Positions 52,601 to 61,295 of a stretch of DNA of 64,000 bases are shown piece by piece. The position numbers were made by a program, and so were the translations under genes. How positions within the stretch are numbered: position 1 is the stretch's first letter; every line of letters begins with the position of its first letter. The stretch is from Ostreococcus lucimarinus (Eukaryota): the NCBI GenBank assembly GCA_000092065.1, contig CP000586.1, one strand, 5' to 3'. The notes beneath the pieces are model-generated. The model was not told the DNA's origin. It saw only the letters and a program-made list of their open reading frames with translations, and did no database searches.

Positions 52601-55600
52601 CGTACTTATCGACGGCAGGCATGTTCAAATCGTCCACGAAGCACAATAAACGCTTGCCGACGGGTGGACCCACCGTGTCCTTCGTGCGCTTGTCCAGCAC
52701 ATCCATGAGCGAGCTATGCACATCATTTGCGGTCGTACGAGAACTGAAATTCATCGTCACCGTGTTCGTCTTTCCATCTTGCAATCTCTTTTGTAAATAG
52801 TTCTTCACGACAACAGTTTTACTTGTTCCGCTATCGCCGGTGAGAAGCGTATGCGCGTCACAAGAGCACATGAGGTCGATTAACCAGTTTGTGCGAACCG
52901 TGTGCGCGGTTGAAACCAAGAGCGACGAAAATGGAGTGTTTGGTGGCACCTCGAGTGGAGTGGTGAGACTTTTCCATTCGTACCACGTGTTACGAGTGAT
53001 ATCAAAGCCATAATCATACAACGTCGCGCCCGCCGGCAAAACGTTGCCGAAATTGGCGAGTCGCCTAACGAAGTCATCGAATCTCGCACGATCAGAGTTT
53101 CCAGACGTTTCAACGATAGTCGCACCGAATGACCACACTAAGCAGAAGATAAAAGCCGATTCGATCGCCCGAACGTAGTCATCATCCTGGCTCGTCTCCA
53201 CGTCGCTGGTGGAGTCATCGAGAGCTTCCAAAAAGCTTTGCATCAAAATGGTGAACTGTTTTACCACAGATATCACCGGTCGATCGATCGACGTTCGCAC
53301 GATTGAAATCATTCGCCCGTCAAGTTCTGTGCCGTCGTAGCAAAATGCCGTCATTCTATCCATGTACTTGTCAAACATACGCAATAACGTTTCGCGGTGC
53401 TTGGCGCCGACACCTTCGGACCAAGTCTTGAGGAACGGTTTGAAGCCGAGATTCTTGGGGTCTACGTACACCATTCCGCAACGACTTACAGTGGCTGGAG
53501 AAGCATACTTTAAGTCGGCCACCTCAAACAAAAGCTTGCAATGGTCTTGAAGACGAATCCGCTCACCGTTTGGCAACGTCAGTAGGCGATTATCGTCCAT
53601 TACGCTATTCATATTTTCGACCCAAACTGCGTCGACATCGCCATCAAATACTATATACTTGAAGTCGTTCTCACGTCCAATAGCCATCGGTTTGTTGCAC
53701 TCGCGAAAAATATTCGAAAGAAGACCATCAGTCCAATCTCGCGTATCCGGATCCAATTCGCCATAGAGTTCGGCCACCGTTTGCGCTTTTGGATTTAGAG
53801 TGTACAACTTCGTATTTCGACCCATCGTAGTTTGCGCGCGAGCGATTGTTTCAAGCATGACAGACTTACCTCCACCAGTCTCGCCGACTAACATCGTCGT
53901 ATGCCTCGTCAACATAGTCTCATACAACTGAATAATTTTGTCCACTTGCTCGCCCGGGCGCGTCAACACTTGATAGCCATGCTTGGCCAAGTCTTGTTCA
54001 ATGACATCGTTGAGAGTAGGATATCGAACACGCGGGCAGTCTAGTCCAGGGAATAAATCGGCGATCAGACCCAAAAAGAGTGGGACATCGTCGAATACAA
54101 ACTTTGGCAGATTCATATCCCTCAACGCTCGCATGAGAACTACCTCTTCGGCGAGCTCGGGCGCATCGCGCTTCAGCGCGCCAGCCATGACGAGCACCGA
54201 TTTAAGCGCGCGTAAACCGAAATCATAATGCGATCTTTTGCTAAGTTGCTCTTTAGCCAGGCGGTACAGTATCGTCATCTTCTTCGCGAGAGCTTTCGCC
54301 GCGTTGAAACCTTCGCTAAAGAGCATAATTTCACAAATTTGCTCCAAATCCGGCACAATCATAGTAACGGGGCGGAACAGAGCCTTCAAGTTATCCGGAA
54401 GTTCGGTTCTACCCGCATACCCAGGATTCATAGTGATGAAAATACCGGTGCGTGCGTCGCAATTGATTTCTTTTCCTTCAAACTGGAATCGTGACAAATT
54501 GTGCTTCAACGCTTCTTGAATCTGCTTAATTTGCGATGAGACGACGGACAGCACCTCAGCCTCAATGCGATTGAACTCATCGAAGCATCCCCACGCGCCG
54601 CACTGCACAAGACCACTAAAAATGGCCCCCATAGCTTTGTAGTCTAATCCTTCACCACAATTGAACACGACGCAAAGCAAAGCCATGGACTTTGCCAAAT
54701 CCTTTGTGGTCTCCGTCTTTCCTGTGCCCGCGGGCCCGCTCGGGGCACCGCCGAGTCTATACGTCAGCGCCGTAGTGAGCGTGATATAGCAGCGGTCAGT
54801 TAGACCAGTGATTACGAGACGCCCATTCAAACCCATGTACTCGTAACCATATCTGAATTCACCACTGCACTGATTGATGACGATGTCGTCGCGTGCCTTG
54901 TCCCACTTGAAACGAAGTTGCGACTCCCACGCAAAATCTGACTCATCTAAAACAGAATCTCTAACGAAAGAGTCGATGATGTCTCGCGCGTGGACGTCAA
55001 TGATGATCAACGTATTCACTTTTTTTCGTTCGCACGAGCTAAGCTCGCCTCGAACCATTTTCGTGAGAACCTCGAGTTGCGACGAGAGCTTGTCGCTGTA
55101 ATTCCGCATGGCGAGTTTATCGCCCGAGCGAATCGATTTGAATACGTTTTGCACTTCCCAGGTCCACCAAATTTGCGACCCCACAAGGGTGATCATTCCA
55201 AGCTGTTCTTTTATCCATTCTTCACGATCGCACGTCATGTATCGCGCGACTCCATACTTGCACAACGCGCGTAAGGTTGCCCGCATCTCTTCTTCGACGG
55301 CAGACATCCAATCCTCAACAGGGCCTTGAATTTTTACGGGCGACTTGAACTTGAACGATTCCCCCTCTGCGGACGTAATCCCGACTACGCACGCTTTATC
55401 AGACGTAAACGTCAGCTTTGCACAGTTGTCAAACAGCTTCAACATGTGCTCCTGAATTAGTGTCGGATCGGCAGCACCTAAAATTGAAAGCAGCTCCTCG
55501 TCGGAGATGAAGAAGAAGCGCGGAAACGCGTCCCGCTTTGTGTCTAAATATTGACTCAAACTCTTTTGACATATCTCCAGCTCCTCGCGAAGGTTCTTCA

Positions 55601-58600
55601 GCGTTTCTAAGCGCCCTTCGGATTTGCACATGTCTAAAACGAATTTAGTCTTCACAGTTTCCGCCATGAGTTTGCGTATTTCAGTATCGATGTTGTCAAA
55701 ACGATCAGCTTCCTCAGGAAGCTGCGTGCGTATGTCGTCTGAGCCACCAAAAATGCTGAGTAAGTACATCCAACGTTGCTGCGTGTCGATCCACACCTGT
55801 AGAACATTGGCCACTAATGCGAGCGTTCCTTCCCACTCGCGCACGCTTTCGATGAGCGGATCAGCATACCGACTTGCCGACATACTCTGCAAAGTTAATC
55901 CCGTGTCTTCGAGCGCGAGCGTAATTTCTTCCACGGCGCAAAGCACGTACGTGGGCTGCGCGTGCTTCTTGCTTTTGCCTTTGGAGTAAGGTCTAAGATC
56001 AAAGCGCATTTCTCGCCATGATCGATCGATCGCGATTAAGTCGTTTTCAATTTTTAGCTCCTTCTCTGCCGCCGCTGTAATGTCCATGATTTTTTGCGCG
56101 TGCGCGTGAAGTTTCATCTCACTCAAGTGTCGCATCGAGAGTTGCGCGCTCTTTACGGTTTCGTCGTCAAAATCAACAGTCTGAAACACAGACTTCCAGT
56201 GACGAGGTCGAATTGCATCAACTTTCAAGCTTTCGATGAGGTTCAAATCAGTTTCGATGTCGTCAATTTCTTCCCGGACAGCCGCAAAGAGGCGATGCGA
56301 ATGAAGACTCTTCGGAAGCGTCGAGAGCTGCGTTCGACCAAAAGCCACGACAGAGGCGTACACGTTCGCGACGACCAACTCTGGAACGAGCGTTTCGTAA
56401 AATTGTCGCAACTGACCTCGATACGCTCGTTGACATTCGTATATCTTTGCCATGGAATCCAAATCAGTTTTTGCTTGCTCAAGCGATTCAAACGAGCATT
56501 GATCGACGCCAAAGACGCGCTCACTGTCTCTAATATCGGCCAATGCATCCAATCTACCGAGAATTTCTTCTTTAAACGTCTCAAAACTTTCGAAGCCGGC
56601 GTCTAAATTTAGCAAAAGATCGGCGCATGTCGGGCCTTCAGCCTTGAGCCTGTTCGCGAAGCCATCACATTCCTCCTGAAATAGGCGCGCCGTTCTTTTC
56701 AGTTCCGTCTTGAAGTCTGAAATCTTCAACGTCATGCCTTCGTAAACACGTTCGGCGCGCGCGCGGAGCTTTTCAAAAGATGGAATCGTCGCCGATGCGC
56801 GCTCAAGATCAGAGGGATCGTGTTCTATCCTGTATTTCATTCTCACGGCAAATCGATCGTTCACTCCACTTGCCGTCACTTCGGTCGCGGTGTTTTCGCG
56901 CACATCTCTGACCGTCTTTACCAGATTCTTCATGGTGAGGAAATCACGTGCGTCGACTGAAAATGTATTCTCGCATGCCGCCATGTGCTCGTAAAGGTCA
57001 TTCAGGAGTTTGACGTCAGCATGATACGTCGCGGCACCGATGTCTTTGATCCACTGAGCGCTCTTGTTCTTAATGAGGGTGGTCAATTTGTCGGCTCGCA
57101 CCCGCACAGCGCCGATGTCCACGCTCGCGTCCTCATCCATGGCTTTCATGACGTCCTCGTATCTAAGTAAAGCGCGTTGAAGACTCAATGCGTTCATATT
57201 TTCCGTATGTTTTTCGATCACGAGATCTTTGTCGTCTTTCCACACGGCTTGGTATCGCTTCCACACTTCCATCTGGCGGCGGATTTCACCCGCAAAGAGA
57301 TGTGAGACGTTGCTCAAAGAGCTCATCGCGTCGCACACGCGTTCGTTCGCTGAAACCTCATTCCCAAAGTTGAACGCATGAGTCACCGTGTTTGATGCGT
57401 CATCGTCGAGTTCTATGGCAAGTAAAGTGGAGAGGCTCAAATCTGAGCTCGAAGTTGCTCGCCGCGTGGGCATCCCCACACAAGTGCCGTCCATCCATCG
57501 GCCGAGCACTGAGGCGGCATTTGCAATGGATTTCGCCGCGTATGCAATGGATCGAATGAGCTCTTTCAACGGCGGTTCGCACACGATTTCTCCCGCTCGC
57601 AGAGTTATATTTAGTTTAAACAGAGTGATGTTCGAAGGGAGCGACTTGTCAAAATACTCCCTTAATCGAAGAATGTTCCGCTCCGCAGCGAGAACGAGAG
57701 CGTCGTAAATCTCGCTCTCCCAATAGGCATAGTATTCCCTCAAATGCACAACCTTCCCGGTGCGTGTGCCGAAAACGATTTCTTCGACACAAAGCAAAAG
57801 ATTCATGATGTTGACGTATTCCTCTCGCACTACCGAAGCCGTTTTGCTGCATTGCGCGGCGAGTTGAGCGAACAGTTCGCCGCTTTCGCGCTCAACGCCG
57901 GATTTTGACAGTGCTTCACAATCGACGAATGATGAGACCGAGATCTTTTTCACTGACCGCTCTAGATCGCCAGCGTGCGTTCGCACGCCATCTATAACAG
58001 TTGTAAAGTCCTTAAGTTCCGTTGTGTACGCCGCGACAAAGTCAGGAATACCCAAAGAGTTCCAATTATACGTCTTCAGTCCTCGATGAAGAGACGCGCT
58101 ATTCAGTACCGCCACGCGCGTGCGGAAGAGTTGACGCTCCAGTGGTGACAGTGAATCGAGTACGTCGCGACGATGAGCGAGCATTTTACTAAGCGTGCAT
58201 CTATAAGCGCTGTATTTTTCGCTTTGCAATGCCACGCCACGCGCCTCTGCTGGGATGTCGAAGCCAAGTCGTTCCAGATTTCGAGTCTCCTTGATTAGGC
58301 TTGTGAGCGCTGGGTGGAAATTCATAATCACGTCGTCCCCACTCTCATTCTTCGATAATATAGGTTGCATAAGGCATGATGTCAAAGTAGAGTCTATTTC
58401 TTCTTTCCAAGTTAACACGCGCTGCTTCTCGTAGTTCATGATAAGTTTTGCCAAGGCTAAAAACTTTGCGTTCACCTCTTGCGCCGCCGGCGTGTCGCGA
58501 ATACCTCGTTGATCCTCGACGCACGCGTTGAACGATTTCATGGTAACTCGCAGCTTGTAAAACAGTGATCTTACCCAATGAATCGATCCACTTACGGTTG

Positions 58601-60569
58601 GTTGGTCGCGATTGAGCGGTGGTGAGCGGCGGTGACTGTTGAAGATGTGCCGGGTCGAATCGATCTCGCGAGAAAATTGCTCAAGGACGTCTTGCATCTT
58701 GCCAAGAATTTGACTGTTTAGTGTCATACGCGTCGATCCAGACAGTACTTCGTCGTCGTCCGCGTGCATTGTACTTTTCAGCTCTTGAACGAGCGCGAAC
58801 GCTCCCGCACTACTGCGCAACCTCTTGAAGCATGCGTCGATGAAGTTACACAGCGCGCGTTCGATGCGCGTCTTTTCCATCACGAAAGACTTGTGCATCG
58901 CCTTCCAACTCGCTGCGTTCGCCGAGTCGAAGATGTCTAGCTGCGACATTTCAATTGTAAGGCAAAGCGCATCCACTCGCGCAGAGATTTCGTCCACGCC
59001 GTCGGCATCGAGAGTCACTGCTTTGAGACGCGGACTGAGAAACGTGCGGAAATCACTCACTACGATAACCATTTCGCTGAATTCCGCACAAACGTCCGCA
59101 ACGTAATCCGACTTCATGAACAAGCGTTCGCGATCAAACTCCCACCTTGAATCCCTATTTGAACGTTCGATTTCTTCTCGCGCGTTCAAATATTCGCTCT
59201 TCCAAGATTCCATAATCGACTTTGAGAGTTGTACGTCGCGCAACGTGGCGTGCGCCCCAAGTCCGCTCGACGCTTGGGCAAACAGTTCCTGGTAGTTTAC
59301 CGATTCGCGAACACGATGAATGAGCGCATCTGACAGGCGTTCTAATAGGGAACCCATTCGAGAGTCGTCACTGTAGTGGTGCGAAATTACCCAAACCATT
59401 CGAAGTGCGCGAAGCGTCGGCGCGATGGCGCGGAGCACGTCCGGCAACAGCGCCTCACTCAACACTTTGAAATGACTCTCGAGCGTGGACAAAAACTTGA
59501 TGTTGTCAGCACTCACGCTGTGTAAGTGTGTGATTTCTCCCAAGAGCGTTTTAAACGCCGACGCGACGTTGCGCACGCGAGACGAAAATTCATCGACAGA
59601 AGCAGTGTGCTTCGCCGCAAATCGTTCCAGCACGTCCAACACAATGTCCATGCTCGGATCGGAGAGCTGCGTCACCAAACCTGACAAGTCGTTATGTCGC
59701 GCGCGCCACAGACGAATCTCCACTAGCGGTCCTTCGTTTGCCCCTGCACATTCTTCCGTGATCACGCTTTCGCTTTCGTTCCTCGTCTTCGCCGCCGACA
59801 TCACCGCGCACCACTCAACCGCCGCAGCTTCGAGCTGACGCACGAAAGCCTCGTCTTCACACGCCTTGGCGGGATCGATGTCGCAGAGTGCACGACCCGA
59901 CGCCCCGCCCGCCTTGACGACGCTTTTCAGTGACGCCTCTGGACTCTGAACTGGGGCGTTTACGCCTTGAATCCCATCCAAAAACTCCCGCACATGCTTC
60001 GCAAAGGATTGACTCTCCGTCGACGCACTCGACTCGAACGCGGATACGAATGAGCACTGTAAAGTCGCGTGAAGCTCGTCCATCGACGCCCCGTGCGGAA
60101 GGAAGCCGTACATCGCACTCCGCAAATCATCGAGTCCGATCGAATTTTCGTCGTTCACGCAGTCCGGACGCACGATGAACAACACAGGCTGTTTTGGATC
60201 GCACTCGCCGTCCGCGACGAGCTCGAGCCGAGGTCGCCGAGGCGAGTCTTCCCGCGCGCCTCCATCACTCTTGACGACGCCGGCGTTCGTCGAGTCCGCG
60301 AGCGCGTGCGAAGTGATGGAGGACAACGTGAGTCCATTCATCGTCTTCGCCCTCGCTTTCACCGTCGAAGTCGCGCGAAGCCGCAGCACGAGCACGTCCT
60401 CGCGTCCGCAATCGAGAAAGTCCAAGGTCTTTGCGCGCGAACCGTCACCGAACCCCACGACGTGTTCGTCGATGTCGGCGTCGACGCACGACGATGCGAG
60501 ACGAAGTATAAAGGCGACGCGCGCATCTGGTTCCTCGGCGCCATCCTCGCCGTCGTCTGCGCACGTCAT
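46629..60569 (-). CDS. dynein heavy chain, axonemal type (~4646 aa), apparently intronless
   Basis: A single 13.97-kb ORF. AAA1 is GPAGTGKTETTKDLAKSMALLCVVFNCGEGLDYKAMGAIFSGLVQCGAWGCFDEFNRIE; the TETTKDLAK form is typical of axonemal rather than cytoplasmic-1 DHC. AAA2–4 P-loops (GETGGGKS…, GDSGTSKT…, GVGGSGKQ…), the coiled-coil stalk, AAA5/6 and the C-terminal domain follow. The listed start is TTG at 60602; the first ATG is at 60567-60569. TGA is at 46629-46631. Confidence 0.9.
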   Translation of the reverse strand: MTCADDGEDGAEEPDARVAFILRLASSCVDADIDEHVVGFGDGSRAKTLDFLDCGREDVLVLRLRATSTVKARAKTMNGLTLSSITSHALADSTNAGVVKSDGGAREDSPRRPRLELVADGECDPKQPVLFIVRPDCVNDENSIGLDDLRSAMYGFLPHGASMDELHATLQCSFVSAFESSASTESQSFAKHVREFLDGIQGVNAPVQSPEASLKSVVKAGGASGRALCDIDPAKACEDEAFVRQLEAAAVEWCAVMSAAKTRNESESVITEECAGANEGPLVEIRLWRARHNDLSGLVTQLSDPSMDIVLDVLERFAAKHTASVDEFSSRVRNVASAFKTLLGEITHLHSVSADNIKFLSTLESHFKVLSEALLPDVLRAIAPTLRALRMVWVISHHYSDDSRMGSLLERLSDALIHRVRESVNYQELFAQASSGLGAHATLRDVQLSKSIMESWKSEYLNAREEIERSNRDSRWEFDRERLFMKSDYVADVCAEFSEMVIVVSDFRTFLSPRLKAVTLDADGVDEISARVDALCLTIEMSQLDIFDSANAASWKAMHKSFVMEKTRIERALCNFIDACFKRLRSSAGAFALVQELKSTMHADDDEVLSGSTRMTLNSQILGKMQDVLEQFSREIDSTRHIFNSHRRSPPLNRDQPTVSGSIHWVRSLFYKLRVTMKSFNACVEDQRGIRDTPAAQEVNAKFLALAKLIMNYEKQRVLTWKEEIDSTLTSCLMQPILSKNESGDDVIMNFHPALTSLIKETRNLERLGFDIPAEARGVALQSEKYSAYRCTLSKMLAHRRDVLDSLSPLERQLFRTRVAVLNSASLHRGLKTYNWNSLGIPDFVAAYTTELKDFTTVIDGVRTHAGDLERSVKKISVSSFVDCEALSKSGVERESGELFAQLAAQCSKTASVVREEYVNIMNLLLCVEEIVFGTRTGKVVHLREYYAYWESEIYDALVLAAERNILRLREYFDKSLPSNITLFKLNITLRAGEIVCEPPLKELIRSIAYAAKSIANAASVLGRWMDGTCVGMPTRRATSSSDLSLSTLLAIELDDDASNTVTHAFNFGNEVSANERVCDAMSSLSNVSHLFAGEIRRQMEVWKRYQAVWKDDKDLVIEKHTENMNALSLQRALLRYEDVMKAMDEDASVDIGAVRVRADKLTTLIKNKSAQWIKDIGAATYHADVKLLNDLYEHMAACENTFSVDARDFLTMKNLVKTVRDVRENTATEVTASGVNDRFAVRMKYRIEHDPSDLERASATIPSFEKLRARAERVYEGMTLKISDFKTELKRTARLFQEECDGFANRLKAEGPTCADLLLNLDAGFESFETFKEEILGRLDALADIRDSERVFGVDQCSFESLEQAKTDLDSMAKIYECQRAYRGQLRQFYETLVPELVVANVYASVVAFGRTQLSTLPKSLHSHRLFAAVREEIDDIETDLNLIESLKVDAIRPRHWKSVFQTVDFDDETVKSAQLSMRHLSEMKLHAHAQKIMDITAAAEKELKIENDLIAIDRSWREMRFDLRPYSKGKSKKHAQPTYVLCAVEEITLALEDTGLTLQSMSASRYADPLIESVREWEGTLALVANVLQVWIDTQQRWMYLLSIFGGSDDIRTQLPEEADRFDNIDTEIRKLMAETVKTKFVLDMCKSEGRLETLKNLREELEICQKSLSQYLDTKRDAFPRFFFISDEELLSILGAADPTLIQEHMLKLFDNCAKLTFTSDKACVVGITSAEGESFKFKSPVKIQGPVEDWMSAVEEEMRATLRALCKYGVARYMTCDREEWIKEQLGMITLVGSQIWWTWEVQNVFKSIRSGDKLAMRNYSDKLSSQLEVLTKMVRGELSSCERKKVNTLIIIDVHARDIIDSFVRDSVLDESDFAWESQLRFKWDKARDDIVINQCSGEFRYGYEYMGLNGRLVITGLTDRCYITLTTALTYRLGGAPSGPAGTGKTETTKDLAKSMALLCVVFNCGEGLDYKAMGAIFSGLVQCGAWGCFDEFNRIEAEVLSVVSSQIKQIQEALKHNLSRFQFEGKEINCDARTGIFITMNPGYAGRTELPDNLKALFRPVTMIVPDLEQICEIMLFSEGFNAAKALAKKMTILYRLAKEQLSKRSHYDFGLRALKSVLVMAGALKRDAPELAEEVVLMRALRDMNLPKFVFDDVPLFLGLIADLFPGLDCPRVRYPTLNDVIEQDLAKHGYQVLTRPGEQVDKIIQLYETMLTRHTTMLVGETGGGKSVMLETIARAQTTMGRNTKLYTLNPKAQTVAELYGELDPDTRDWTDGLLSNIFRECNKPMAIGRENDFKYIVFDGDVDAVWVENMNSVMDDNRLLTLPNGERIRLQDHCKLLFEVADLKYASPATVSRCGMVYVDPKNLGFKPFLKTWSEGVGAKHRETLLRMFDKYMDRMTAFCYDGTELDGRMISIVRTSIDRPVISVVKQFTILMQSFLEALDDSTSDVETSQDDDYVRAIESAFIFCLVWSFGATIVETSGNSDRARFDDFVRRLANFGNVLPAGATLYDYGFDITRNTWYEWKSLTTPLEVPPNTPFSSLLVSTAHTVRTNWLIDLMCSCDAHTLLTGDSGTSKTVVVKNYLQKRLQDGKTNTVTMNFSSRTTANDVHSSLMDVLDKRTKDTVGPPVGKRLLCFVDDLNMPAVDKYGTQQPIALLKLMIGRGGTYDRGRDLNWLQMKDIQYIAAMGHPGGARSVVDPRFVSMFQVFEMQTPDETNLKVIYGSIITNTSKTLALKPGTHELVVDMTLDLYKSVVSKLLPTPSRFHYIFNLRDLSRLFEGMSKATSAKVRNTPDFLRLWRNESIRVFHDRLIADKDRDFVLGKVSSLIRHGCTDDTSPITSNPILFADYSPLKQIDGSGSSDEVDPSSRLRSYADVGDYATIKPWFEDLINRRNAKLSDGSAPTKLVLFDHALEHITRIHRVLRTENGHALLVGVGGSGKQSLAHLAADMAGCEVFEITLTRGYNDESFREDLKKLYNVLGVQNHPTMFLFTDNHVVEEGFLELINNMLTTGTVPALFADEEKDALVNAIRDDLHANKISVTRDEGWRYFISRCRKNLHIVLAMSPVGDTLRHRCRNFPGLVNNTVIDWFTEWPKEALLEVSTSLLINVDLPEQFAEKINVHVVHTHCSAIALNEKFKSQLKRHNYVTPKHYLDFIAAYEAMLKTQRASIETSIKRLRGGLDKLIQASTEVDAMRTKLNDAQIVVTQQAKECDALLDRITKRTAEVETKAANATSKEEDLINDSARIAKEKTEAEADLEAAIPALEEAAAALNNLKKDEITEIRSFSKPNIAVQRVCECVMILKGLPNVSWSGAKGMMADTNFLRSLVEFDKDGIKEKQMKAIREYTKDSKFKPDEVMKISTAGAGLLKWVFAMINYNKVARMVNPKRAAVANAEKTLKIKERELVETKSELKSLQIELKQLSTQFEEKSARQQDLKESAELMANRLAAAERLISGLSSEKVRWTNEMQELNSRKERLVGDCLITSAFLSYAGTFTYEFRKQFVHDHLEKNLLELGIPLSQPFRLQALLTDDNEMNSWLAEGLPGDELSVQNGILTMRAERFPLCIDPQMQAVKWIKSREGAQLEGKIKRQTDADFLKQLELAIEYGLPFLIENVGEYIDPVLDPVLKKSFYYAPNGAKMIKLGDSEVEWDDNFRLYMTTKLPNPHYDPDVTGKTIIINYSVTELGLQEQLLNVTVKQERPDLETEREKLVKETVANRALLKKLEDTLLYELSTAQGEIVDNVELIETLESAKTKSTEISEKLVAAARSAKELNKAQSCYSPVAKRGAILFFVISALSNLNAMYEYSLSSFLDVFCNTLHVTPVRDQLDERLSDLVDRLTYDVYKFACLGLFKRDKLALSFQMTTRIEDGDGRLNGNLLRFFLKGNVTLDAASGDSQPLPWWSERGWQDLMHLDEHIAANDDKCATLNGIVDRITSNADAWRAWYDCEQPESVALPDGYSASLSSFERLCLLRCARLDRVTVAVSNYITETMGSRYVTPPISDYESIFKLSSAQTPVVFILSPGADPAFDIFALGETMGFKAGGKLKFMALGQGMGPKAEELILTCASRGLWLMLQNCHLLPKWLPALEKVVDGLANPHKDFRLWLTTDPIKTFPIGILQKSLKVVTEPPDGLKMNMKASYARLSEDVLGSCANPFFRSLAYVLAFFHAAVQERRKYGKLGWNVAYDFNETDFRISFSLIKTYCNKVAAVNTGGGGSRMIPWAALKYLIGEAMYGGRVSDHYDRRILSAYLDEYFGDFLFDGFHKFMFYADEEARVRYELPPPESSYDEQSRVIDELPDAQTPEVLGLHANADVAHSTRAAKALWSNVLSLQSKLSISASSNDESAGSSDGNGALLAIVNEILNVVTNEDFEFDLIKLQRQRGDEVPSPTTVVLFQEIERHNALKLVLRHSLRELVKALSGEIGMSRELDAVADSLSRGRLPEEWKSVAPPTDKDVQSWMTWYKTREKQYKSWAVDGEPKVIWLSGLHCPETYIAALIQTACRSRGWPLDASTMYTEVTPYVSADEIDAKPEIGCYISGLFLEGAIWDAERRVLAHPSDRGLARELPILRLVPIERTTMPSSSSSSSTTNAFKAPVYFTQSRRDAMGRGLVFQADLASSEHASAWILRGVACVLNIDA

Positions 60570-60692
60570 TCCGCGTCGAAGAATGCGCGACGACGCACGC
60601 AAAGACCTTGGACTTTGCTTTGACTGAGAAAAAAGACGATTCGGCTAAAAATAAAACACGCACTGCATTCAGCGACGTGCGGCGCGCGGAAG
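60570..60692. promoter_or_regulatory. putative bidirectional promoter/5'UTR region shared by the dynein heavy chain (-) and RIIa-domain protein (+) genes
   Basis: Only ~123 bp separate the two divergent ATGs. The region is AT-richer than its flanks (…gactgagaaaaaagacgattcggctaaaaataaaacacgcactgcattcag…). Confidence 0.4.
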
Positions 60693-61295
60693 ATGATTGA
60701 AGAATTGGAAGCGTACGCGAAGGAGAGCAAAGTGGATGATTTATTCCGGGATATGATGACTGGGTGTTTCAAGAAACGACCGAGCGCGCCGGTGACGTAC
60801 ATCTTGGAGTACCTCGCGAGCGAGTACCCAGAGGAGAGTTTGACGCACGCGCGCGCGTTCGTAGACTTGAAGGATGGGATCACGAGCGCGAACGTGGCGG
60901 TGGACGAAGACGAAGACGGCGCGCACGATGTTGTCGTTGAAGATATCGATGAAAAACATGAGATCGTCGAGGCGCCGCTGACGTCACCCAAGGACGTCCC
61001 CGCGAAGGCGACCGACGTCGTCGCGGAGGCGATCGAGGACGTGGCCGTTGAGGGCGAGATATTACCGGACGAAGCACAACATCTCATGGCGCCAGAGGAG
61101 GGCGCACACGTCGACGTCGTCGTCGATAAGCCCGATGAGCGCGTCGAGGAGTGCGAAAGTGTCGCCGAAGAGCCCGTCGACGCGGACGCAGGTGAGGAAG
61201 AGCAAAAAGAAGAACCACCCGTCGTGACGCCCGCGAGTGAGGAAGCTGTCGAATCGATTACGAATGCGGAGAACGTGGAGGATGCACCAAACTAA
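60693..61295 (+). CDS. RIIa/DPY-30-like dimerisation-docking domain protein with acidic tail (possible flagellar/axonemal protein)
   Basis: The N-terminus reads MIEELEAYAKESKVDDLFRDMMTGCFKKRPSAPVTYILEYLASEYPE, which fits the RIIa/Dpy-30 helix-turn-helix motif (…RP..P…FL..YL). The remainder is D/E-rich. ATG is at 60693 and TAA at 61293-61295. It is divergently paired with the dynein gene. Confidence 0.55.
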   Translation: MIEELEAYAKESKVDDLFRDMMTGCFKKRPSAPVTYILEYLASEYPEESLTHARAFVDLKDGITSANVAVDEDEDGAHDVVVEDIDEKHEIVEAPLTSPKDVPAKATDVVAEAIEDVAVEGEILPDEAQHLMAPEEGAHVDVVVDKPDERVEECESVAEEPVDADAGEEEQKEEPPVVTPASEEAVESITNAENVEDAPN

